A stretch of DNA of 64,000 nucleotides, taken from assembly GCA_017620205.1 (NCBI GenBank), contig JAFZQX010000003.1:3713-67712 (forward strand), written 5' to 3'. Below the pieces are notes generated by a model. That model was given only the letters and a program-made list of their open reading frames with translations. It was not told the origin of the DNA and searched no databases. Shown piece after piece: positions 57,101 through 64,000 of this stretch. The DNA comes from Clostridia bacterium. Lineage in GTDB: Bacteria > Bacillota > Clostridia > UMGS1883 > UMGS1540. The first letter of the stretch is position 1, and the number at the start of each line of letters is the position of its first letter. Position numbers and translations under genes: made by a program.

Positions 57101-59596
57101 TTATTCTATTACTTCCGTATATTTTTCGTTATTATATAAATCGGTAAAAATATACATGGGTTTTGCTTTTGTTGTATCATAAAGCTCGGCATTGCTTATT
57201 TTATGATTGCCGTTATAAGTGATCTTGCCCTTTTCGCCGAACGTATAATTGTTGCGGAACGTACCGTCATATCCGTAGAAGTCATACATAAACTCGATTA
57301 CGTCGCCGTTTTCAAGAGTAACCATGCTCTTTGCAACGGTTTCGGTTTCGCCGTTTATATAGTCTATTGTAGCGCCTGCTATATATCCTTCCGGATGGCT
57401 GTCATCAAACACAATTAAGAGGTTTGCGCGTGTGCCGTTTAAGAGAACGGGAACACGGCCTGTTATAATACTGTTACCGTTTTCTTCAACACTGTCAACA
57501 TAATAGTACGGGATAGTTATACCGTCTATCGCGAGCCAAGTGCCGTCATATTCGCCTATCAGAGCGCCGTCAGCGGTAAAGTCAAATACGTTGTCGGTAC
57601 CGAGGTCTATATAGCCTTCGCCGTTATCATACCAAACGTTTAGTACTAATTCGTGAACGAGTTTCCACTGGTCTTCCGAAAGTCTTAAAACTTTTGTTCC
57701 GTTTTCGTCTGTCCACTTAAGAAGCGATGAGTCCAGCTGATTCTGCGAAATATAGTTTGCGTCATTCTGAACGTCTATATTGTTTCCGAGGAAACCGAAG
57801 TTTGAAGCAAGGTCTGCAAGATTGCCGAGCCCGCCGCTGCTTTCGGTAATGCCGGAAAGTCCGCTGAAATCTCCGCCGAGGAGGCTTCCGAGTAAGTCTG
57901 TCAAGTCACCTGCCGAAGCAGTTGATGAGCCCGTAGCTTCGCCGAGGATGGTTGAAAGCGGGTTGGAAGAGCCGCCCGATGCCGCCTGACCGCTTACTTC
58001 AAGGCTTGCAAAACGCTGAATGCAGTCCGCATAGCTGCTGTCCATGCCGATATCGTTGTATGTCTGTACCGCGCTTCCAACTTTTGATGTCTTCTTATAT
58101 GGGAAATAGATGGAAATGCCGTAAGCGTTTGTCATATTTGAAGATGTCTTATTGTATTTTACAGCGCTGAGGAGCGAATCTGCCAAAGCTTTGCTTTCAT
58201 CGGTTCCTATATTTAAAGCAAGGTTTACAAGGTCAATCTGGTCTATTTTGGTTGTCGGCGCAAATTCGCGCGTTTTGCTTCTCGCGTCCGAAACCTTTTT
58301 ATAGCCGTCTGTCTTCATAAGCTCTGTTGTTGAAGCAGAGAAGCTCTTTAAGCTTTCGGGAACAGTTGCCGAAAGCTCCGCAAGGTCAATGAGAGAGAGG
58401 GTTGTCTTCTGACCGGGGCATTTTCTCGCACATTCTGCGACAAAATCGTCTATTATATTTTTGCCGATTTCCGTTGTCGGCATAGAAGTATTCTGTGAAA
58501 GCTTTGTGAGCCAGTTTGTGTAATACCAGCCAACGCCGGGCTCTGTCTCTTCGGAAGCTATGAGATAATCTGCATAGTCGTTGAGCATCAATGCGTTTTC
58601 AAGAGTGCCCATAAGGCAAGCGTCAAACCCTACAAAGTCGAACGTTACGCCGCCCTGCGAGAGAGCTTCTTTGATGCCGGAAAGAGGCATTGAACCTGCC
58701 ATTTTGTTTTTCTCGTCATAACCGTAGCCGCTTATAGAGCCGCCGCCGTGATCCCACATGATAAGCTCGTATCTGTTTGCGGGGAAGTTTCTGCTGCAGT
58801 ATTTAATAAAGTTTGCAAGCGTTGCGGGTTTTACCATTGAGTCATTTCCTGCGTTTTGTTCGAGACAACGGACATTTCCGCTTTCAACTTTATAAATTTG
58901 GTTTACGCTGCTGCTTACAACATTGTTTTTCCATTTGGAACAGCCGCCTGTGAAAACGATTAAGTTTACATTAGAACTTATTGTGGCGTTCTGCATTTCA
59001 GCAAGGTCCGATGTAGCCATACCGTTTCTGGATTCAAGGTCTGTGCCGCAGAGATAAACCATAATAGTTACAACATCGCGGTTGTTGCCGAGTATTTGAG
59101 TGCGTTTTGCTCGCGCGTTTGATACAACGGAAGTATCGAGACTGCCCGTGTTAGCTTCCGTTACCCAGCCCTGAGAAGCTGACGCATTTCCACCGAAAAG
59201 ACTTGTAATGTCTGTTCCGCCTCCGCCTAAAAGTGAGCCGAGTAAATCTCCCGTGCTGTTGTCACCGCCAAGGAACGAGCCGCCGCATTTTGTGAGCATT
59301 AATATGATGAGCGCGCCAATAATTATGATAGGGAGTATGCCGCAGCCCTGTCTTGTTGTCTGACCGCCCGATGAGGAACCCCCGCCGAGGAGAGAGCCTA
59401 AGGGATTACTGCTGCTGTTGTTTCCGCTTGTGTTTAAGCTGCTTCCTGAGGTATTTTGAGGGTTGCTTTGCGGCTTTCTGCCGCTGTATCCGTCAGCTTT
59501 TCCAACGGGACCGCCGCTGTGCGACGTACCGTTTTGGAAATCGCTTTTACTTTTTCCGCTGACATATTTTTTTCTGCCTTGTGGTCTGTTATCCAT
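57101..59596 (-). CDS. clostripain-related cysteine peptidase (C11 family) with an N-terminal cytoplasmic G/S-rich region and a single TM
   Basis: H-G dyad (WDHGGG) and a D-A-C catalytic Cys (FDACLMG), typical of C11. Confidence 0.7.
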   Translation of the reverse strand: MDNRPQGRKKYVSGKSKSDFQNGTSHSGGPVGKADGYSGRKPQSNPQNTSGSSLNTSGNNSSSNPLGSLLGGGSSSGGQTTRQGCGILPIIIIGALIILMLTKCGGSFLGGDNSTGDLLGSLLGGGGTDITSLFGGNASASQGWVTEANTGSLDTSVVSNARAKRTQILGNNRDVVTIMVYLCGTDLESRNGMATSDLAEMQNATISSNVNLIVFTGGCSKWKNNVVSSSVNQIYKVESGNVRCLEQNAGNDSMVKPATLANFIKYCSRNFPANRYELIMWDHGGGSISGYGYDEKNKMAGSMPLSGIKEALSQGGVTFDFVGFDACLMGTLENALMLNDYADYLIASEETEPGVGWYYTNWLTKLSQNTSMPTTEIGKNIIDDFVAECARKCPGQKTTLSLIDLAELSATVPESLKSFSASTTELMKTDGYKKVSDARSKTREFAPTTKIDQIDLVNLALNIGTDESKALADSLLSAVKYNKTSSNMTNAYGISIYFPYKKTSKVGSAVQTYNDIGMDSSYADCIQRFASLEVSGQAASGGSSNPLSTILGEATGSSTASAGDLTDLLGSLLGGDFSGLSGITESSGGLGNLADLASNFGFLGNNIDVQNDANYISQNQLDSSLLKWTDENGTKVLRLSEDQWKLVHELVLNVWYDNGEGYIDLGTDNVFDFTADGALIGEYDGTWLAIDGITIPYYYVDSVEENGNSIITGRVPVLLNGTRANLLIVFDDSHPEGYIAGATIDYINGETETVAKSMVTLENGDVIEFMYDFYGYDGTFRNNYTFGEKGKITYNGNHKISNAELYDTTKAKPMYIFTDLYNNEKYTEVIE

Positions 59597-59635
59597 TGTA
59601 TTTACCTCCTGTTATGATTATCTTAAGTAAATGAA

Positions 59636-61138
59636 TTATCTTTTAAAATTACCGAGCAGCCCGCGTATAAAACGCCTGCCCAGCTCTCTGCCAATCGTAG
59701 TCGCTGCGGAATTAACAGTTTTTTGGAATGCGCTTTGCTTTTTTCTGCCTGTTTTACCGCTTGATGCTTTCTTTTTAGCTTCTTCTTTTTCTTTCTTTTC
59801 TTTTTCCTTTGCCTCAGCTTCGCGTGCCGCTTCCTGCTCTGCCTGCTCGCGCTCTTCGGAGAGAATCTCAAACGCCGAACGGCGGTCTATTGTTTCTTTG
59901 TATTTATTATCAAGAGGACTTGAAGATATAATCTCCTGAATTTTACCGTCATCTACTGCGCTCATAGAGCTTCTCGGCGGCAAAATGTTTGCGCGCTCAA
60001 CCATTGTGGGAACACCTTTTTCGTCAAGAACAGAAACAAGCGCTTCACCAACACCGAGCTCCTGCAGCGTGCGTTCGGTGTCAAAATCGGGGTTTGCCCT
60101 GAACGATTTTGCCGCATAGCGGACAGCCTTCTGCTCATTAGGAGTATATGCCCTCAAAGCGTGCTGAACGCGGCTTCCGAGCTGTGCCAGAACTGTTTCG
60201 GGAATATCCGCGGGGTTTTGTGATATAAACCAAACGCTTACGCCCTTTGAACGGATAAGGCGCACAACCTGTTCTACCTTTTCAAGAAGAGCTTTCGGAG
60301 CGTCGTTAAAGAGCAGATGCGCTTCGTCGAAGAAAAACGCGATTTTCGGCTTTTCAATATCGCCGACCTCGGGGAGCAATTCGTAAAGCTCGGAGAGCAT
60401 CCATAAAAGAAACGTTGCGTATAAAAGCGGATGTTGGAAAAGCTCCTGACACTCTAAAATATTCATCATGCCGCGACCGTTTTCGTCCCAGTCGAGCCAA
60501 TCTGCAATATCGAGTGCAGGCTCACCGAAGAATATTTCACCGCCTGCGTCTTCAAGAGATAAAAGCGCGCGCTGTATGGCGCCGACTGACTGCGACGTAA
60601 CATTTCCGTATGTGAGCTTGTAGTCATTTGCATTATCGCCAACGTGCTGTACCATGCTTCTTAAATCCTTTAAGTCAAGAAGCATGAGCTTTTTGTCATC
60701 GGCAATGCGGAAAACTATTCTTAATACGCCCGTCTGTGTATCGTTGAGTCCCAAAAGTCTGGCGAGAAGTTCGGGACCCATATCGGAAATAGTTGTCCTT
60801 ACGGGATGTCCCTGCTTGCCGTAAACATCAAAAAAACGGACGGGATATGTGGTATATGTAAAGTTTTCAATGTTCATCGTATCGATACTGCGGCGTATGT
60901 GCTTGTTTTCAACGCCTTCTTCGCACATGCCGGAAAGGTCGCCCTTTATATCGGCAACAAAAACCGGAACGCCCATTTCGGAGAGGGACTCCGCAATAAC
61001 TTTGAGTGTTACTGTTTTACCGGTACCCGTAGCGCCTGCTATAACGCCGTGGCGGTTGAGCATAGAAGGCTCTAAATAAACGCGCTCTTTGCCCGTCGCG
61101 AGCCATATTTTATTTTCATCTTGTAAATACATCTGCAA
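59636..61138 (-). CDS. DUF853 / HerA-FtsK-like P-loop NTPase (YjgR family)
   Basis: Walker A GATGTGKT and a K/E-rich C-terminal tail typical of the family. Confidence 0.7.
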   Translation of the reverse strand: MQMYLQDENKIWLATGKERVYLEPSMLNRHGVIAGATGTGKTVTLKVIAESLSEMGVPVFVADIKGDLSGMCEEGVENKHIRRSIDTMNIENFTYTTYPVRFFDVYGKQGHPVRTTISDMGPELLARLLGLNDTQTGVLRIVFRIADDKKLMLLDLKDLRSMVQHVGDNANDYKLTYGNVTSQSVGAIQRALLSLEDAGGEIFFGEPALDIADWLDWDENGRGMMNILECQELFQHPLLYATFLLWMLSELYELLPEVGDIEKPKIAFFFDEAHLLFNDAPKALLEKVEQVVRLIRSKGVSVWFISQNPADIPETVLAQLGSRVQHALRAYTPNEQKAVRYAAKSFRANPDFDTERTLQELGVGEALVSVLDEKGVPTMVERANILPPRSSMSAVDDGKIQEIISSSPLDNKYKETIDRRSAFEILSEEREQAEQEAAREAEAKEKEKKEKEEAKKKASSGKTGRKKQSAFQKTVNSAATTIGRELGRRFIRGLLGNFKR

Positions 61139-61309
61139 TCCTCCTTAAAAAGGTCGGTAAATATTAAATTATATTTTATCACAAAACTATGAAAATATCA
61201 ATATAAAAAGAAAAAAAGCTGTGAAATCACAGCTTCGGATTGATGACAAAGTCATCAGGATTAAAGGACGCTGAGAAACGTCGGTTTATTTCGCGAAATT
61301 AAATTCGTA

Positions 61310-61350
61310 GGCGTACGAGTGTACGGTAGAGTTTAAGTTCGCAAAAAGCA
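61310..61350. repeat. conserved intergenic segment (copy 2)
   Basis: Matches 46268..46316. Confidence 0.6.
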
Positions 61351-61354
61351 AACA

Positions 61355-61438
61355 GCCCCAAGAGATTGATATGTACCCCCTTTACTGGACAAAACAGTAG
61401 AGGGGGTACATATCAGATTTCGATAAGCTCTTGGGGGC
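61355..61438 (-). terminator. long nested hairpin plus U-tract (terminator of the barstar/RNase operon)
   Basis: Outer stem GCCCCAAGAG/CTCTTGGGGGC and inner stem GATATGTACCCCCT/AGGGGGTACATATC. The minus strand is followed by TTTGCTTTTTGCG. Confidence 0.6.
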
Positions 61439-61526
61439 TGGGATTTATAATATAAAAACTGTTACTGTTCTTATTTAACACTTAATATACGTTTTCCCTT
61501 GCGGTAGACCGAGTTTGTCAGTGACC

Positions 61527-61799
61527 TTAAAATGGGATAGTGAAGTGAATGTTACTCTTTTCCAGGTCTACGTCTTCCATAAGCTGCAGGAAAGACTGCC
61601 AACGTGTGCCGAGAGCTTCTGAAAGCAAGGAGGTATTAACGGCAATAATGCCTATCTCTTCCTGTGCGCTTGTAAGAACATCGTTTAAAGCGTCTAGGTT
61701 TTTGCCGTAACTCCGCGGCAAATCAAGAGCTTTAATAAACGCCTTGTGAAAATGCTTTGTGTTTTTAATTTTGTTTCCGTCAAGTATAATAATTTTCAT
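61527..61799 (-). CDS. barstar family (barnase inhibitor) immunity protein
   Basis: About 90 aa with a barstar-like motif arrangement. Overlaps the RNase gene by 4 nt. Confidence 0.65.
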   Translation of the reverse strand: MKIIILDGNKIKNTKHFHKAFIKALDLPRSYGKNLDALNDVLTSAQEEIGIIAVNTSLLSEALGTRWQSFLQLMEDVDLEKSNIHFTIPF

Positions 61800-62323
61800 T
61801 TCTGTTCATCTCCGTAAAGCAGCGTAAAGCTTTCATAATGGTCATCCGTATAATAAATAAGACCGTCATTTGAATAGATTATGCGCTTTGTACCGCGCTT
61901 TTTCTTGCCTAAGGTGTCTATATCGCATTCTTGGTATTTTCTGCCGTTCTTTTTAGGTAAAAGTCCTTCATAATTTCCGAATCTGTCACCGCCGATACAC
62001 TTGCCGGGTGCGTATTCATTCAAAGAGCCGCCCTGCCAGCCGAGAGCTTCAGCTTCCTTTTTTGATATATAGTTCTTCGGCAGACGTCCGTATGTATGAA
62101 TATACAAGGCAACATCGTCTTTCGAATCATATACGCCGTTTTCGTCAATCTTAGCTTTGTCCTCTTTCTGCTTTGAAGCCGGCGCTTCGGAAGCGGTGGG
62201 GGACAAGGTTGCGGAAGGTGAGGCGTTTTGCTGACTGCTTTTTGTTTTAAAGCGGCTGCACGCCGAAAAAACAAATACGGCAAGGAAAGCAAGCAGCAGC
62301 GCCGTTATTCTTTTAAATCTCAT
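61796..62323 (-). CDS. secreted barnase/N1-T1 family ribonuclease lipoprotein
   Basis: Lipobox LAVFVFSAC. Guanyl-specific RNase motifs (YQECDID, RGTKRIIYSNDGLIYYTDDHYESF). Confidence 0.7.
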   Translation of the reverse strand: MRFKRITALLLAFLAVFVFSACSRFKTKSSQQNASPSATLSPTASEAPASKQKEDKAKIDENGVYDSKDDVALYIHTYGRLPKNYISKKEAEALGWQGGSLNEYAPGKCIGGDRFGNYEGLLPKKNGRKYQECDIDTLGKKKRGTKRIIYSNDGLIYYTDDHYESFTLLYGDEQK

Positions 62324-62335
62324 AAGAATACCTCT

Positions 62336-63082
62336 TTATAATACTTTGTTCAAAAAGTCAATTGTACGCGGGTTTTTCGGATTAGAAAAGATTTCGGAGG
62401 GCGCGCCTTCTTCCATAATAATTCCTTCGTCCATAAACAAAACGCGGTCTGCAACTTCGCGTGCAAATCCCATCTCATGCGTAACAACTATCATTGTCAT
62501 GCCTTCTTTTGCCAGGCTTTTCATAACGTTTAAAACCTCGCCTACCATTTCCGGGTCAAGGGCTGATGTAGGCTCGTCAAAAAGCATGATATCGGGGTTC
62601 ATTGCGAGCGCTCTTGCAATTGCAACACGCTGCTTCTGTCCGCCCGAAAGTTGGGAGGGGTAGCTTTCCGCTTTATCTGAAAGTCCTACCGATTCCAAAA
62701 GCCTTAAAGCGTTTTCTTTTGCTTCTTGCTTATTCGCTTTTTTGAGGTCTACGGGTGCGAGCATTAAGTTTCTCAAAACATTCATATTCGCAAAGAGATT
62801 AAAATGCTGAAACACCATACCTATATTTTCACGTATTTTATTTAAATCAGCCTTTTTGTCGCTGATTTTATATCCGTCCACAACTATTTCGCCTTTGTTT
62901 ATGTTTTCAAGCCTGTTTATGCATCGCAGAAAGGTTGATTTACCGGAGCCTGACGGACCTATAACACAGACAACTTCGCCTTCGTAAATATCAACGGAGA
63001 TTCCCTTTAAAACCTCGTTGTGGCCAAATGACTTGTGAAGATCCGTAATATGAACTTTAACATTAGTTTTGTTTGCGGTCAC
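62336..63082 (-). CDS. amino acid ABC transporter ATP-binding protein (GlnQ-like)
   Basis: Walker A, LSGGQKQR and Walker B. Confidence 0.9.
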   Translation of the reverse strand: MTANKTNVKVHITDLHKSFGHNEVLKGISVDIYEGEVVCVIGPSGSGKSTFLRCINRLENINKGEIVVDGYKISDKKADLNKIRENIGMVFQHFNLFANMNVLRNLMLAPVDLKKANKQEAKENALRLLESVGLSDKAESYPSQLSGGQKQRVAIARALAMNPDIMLFDEPTSALDPEMVGEVLNVMKSLAKEGMTMIVVTHEMGFAREVADRVLFMDEGIIMEEGAPSEIFSNPKNPRTIDFLNKVL

Positions 63083-63752
63083 GGCTTAGCCTCCTTTCAA
63101 GTGCGTTTGCAACTTGCTGCAGAATCAGGATTACAATAAGATACATAACTGCAACAATGCCCCAGGTCTGAAAAGACTTGAACGTTCTCGCTATAACGTT
63201 CTGAGCCTTATTAACGAGCTCCGGGAATCCGATAACGGAAAGAATAGACGTATCTTTAAGAGTAATGATAAACTGATTAACTATACTCGGTATCATGTTT
63301 TTTATCGCCTGAGGCAGTACAACGCGGTACATTGAACGCCAGTAAGATAAACCGAGACTTCTTGCAGCTTCCATTTGTCCGGGGTCGATAGACTGTATAC
63401 CCGCGCGGATTATTTCTGACATATACGCGCCGCAATTGAGGGCAAGACATATTGTTCCTGCCTGAAGCGCCGTGAAAGTATACTTGTATCCCAAAATTGT
63501 GCGGATTCCGTACGGTACACCGTAAAAAACAAAAAATGCCAAAACAATCATAGGAACGCCGCGTATAAGATTTACGTATATTTTCGCTATAATTTTTGTT
63601 GCTTTGTTGTCGACAACGCTCATAAGTCCGAATATAATACCAAGGATGCATCCGAAAAAGAGACCCCAGAGGGCGAGTAAGAGCGTCTGGCCCATAGCCT
63701 TTGAAAGAAGCGGACCGTATGTTTTTAATATCTCAATCATGTTATTCTCCAA
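63063..63752 (-). CDS. amino acid ABC transporter permease (HisM/GlnP family)
   Basis: EAA-type permease motif. Confidence 0.85.
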   Translation of the reverse strand: MENNMIEILKTYGPLLSKAMGQTLLLALWGLFFGCILGIIFGLMSVVDNKATKIIAKIYVNLIRGVPMIVLAFFVFYGVPYGIRTILGYKYTFTALQAGTICLALNCGAYMSEIIRAGIQSIDPGQMEAARSLGLSYWRSMYRVVLPQAIKNMIPSIVNQFIITLKDTSILSVIGFPELVNKAQNVIARTFKSFQTWGIVAVMYLIVILILQQVANALERRLSRDRKQN

Positions 63753-63811
63753 TCAAAAGAATAAGGGTATCAGCCAAGGCCAATACCCTTAAGCATTTGC
63801 TTTAATGTTTA

Positions 63812-64000
63812 TTATCCGAGATAATTGTTGATGATTTCGTCATATTTGCCGTTTGCTTTAATGTTTTTAAGACCGGCGTTGAAAAGGTCAACCAGTTCCT
63901 GGTTGTTTGCATCGAATATTGCGAGACCGTACTGAGCAGGTTCGTTTTCGGTGCCTTCAACAAATTTCATTTCGAGTTCGCCTATCTTGATGTTGTATTT
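63812..64000 (-). CDS. amino acid ABC transporter substrate-binding protein, C-terminal fragment (5' end outside the window)
   Basis: Minus-strand frame reads ...GKYDEIINNYLG* and is open to the window end. Confidence 0.6.
   Translation of the reverse strand, partial: KYNIKIGELEMKFVEGTENEPAQYGLAIFDANNQELVDLFNAGLKNIKANGKYDEIINNYLG

Noticed and set aside
59700-59870. K/E-rich repetitive coding stretch
   Set aside because: It is the C-terminal charged tail of the DUF853 ATPase on the minus strand. Coding low complexity, not a repeat element.
1-64000. CRISPR arrays, rRNA genes, prophage structural genes
   Set aside because: No regularly spaced direct repeats, rRNA-like conserved blocks or phage capsid, tail or terminase genes were seen in any frame.

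Overview
This 64 kb window looks like chromosomal DNA from a low-GC, spore-forming Clostridia-type Firmicute. The evidence is an orphan sigG, spoVAEB-like and ytfI/ytfJ genes, recN-argR-nadK synteny and ScpAB. Coding density is high on both strands and no CRISPR array or rRNA was seen.

Features identified from the sequence and ORF track:
- 1-6134: an operon of an ABC permease (5' end cut by the window), a four-subunit 2-oxoacid:ferredoxin oxidoreductase (porCDAB-type), a PaaK-like phenylacetate-CoA ligase and an aminotransferase. This is most simply read as arylacetate to aromatic amino acid by reductive carboxylation.
- 6180-10276 (minus strand): RidA, a rhodanese fused to a TtcA-like PP-loop thiolase, a PatB/MalY C-S lyase, TcdA (CsdL) and an HD hydrolase. 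This looks like a sulfur-trafficking cluster.
- 10476-17508: a sigma-A promoter, a 29-codon leader ORF with 6 Cys codons, an intrinsic terminator, then a complete Met-to-Cys recycling operon. The operon is a class I methyltransferase, metK, luxS, mtnN, an MccB-like lyase and an MccA/CysK-like synthase, followed by a CymR-like Rrf2 regulator and a LysR regulator. The leader-plus-terminator arrangement is a candidate cysteine-sensing attenuator, which I could not match to anything described, and it is the finding I would test first.
- 17569-20300: a small integrative-element remnant. It holds a TnpV-like gene, 23-bp direct repeats, a small ORF and a 560-aa large serine recombinase, next to a tRNA-Leu(GAG) that has its own promoter and terminator.
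- 20461-27421 (minus strand): SDR reductase, recN, argR, nadK, and an FHA-RodA-PBP module.
- 28662-37597: spoVAEB-like, lysA with a clean promoter, an M50 protease, scpAB, ytfI/ytfJ, sigG with a forespore-type promoter, a GT4 glycosyltransferase and an SLH-domain protein.
- 37671-43353 (minus strand): a tyrS-AEC-nfo-YtoQ operon with no T-box, then cadC-cadA.
- 44745-46209 and 52473-56194: a putative iron regulon. The same 16-bp palindrome GTTAG[CT]-N4-[AG]CTAAC occurs five times: in the promoters of a DUF2325-DUF3793-flavodoxin operon, of feoA-feoA-feoB plus an unannotated FeoB-associated Cys-rich small ORF, and near a DtxR-family repressor gene. Between these lies a minus-strand block of metal-themed unknowns (ZIP transporter, ATC-hydrolase-like, HMA-like, methyltransferases, alpha/beta hydrolase).
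- 56258-64000: aquaporin, a clostripain (C11)-like membrane-anchored peptidase, a DUF853 ATPase, a barnase/barstar pair and an amino-acid ABC transporter.
- A roughly 45-nt sequence is conserved in two intergenic regions, near 46.3 kb and 61.3 kb.
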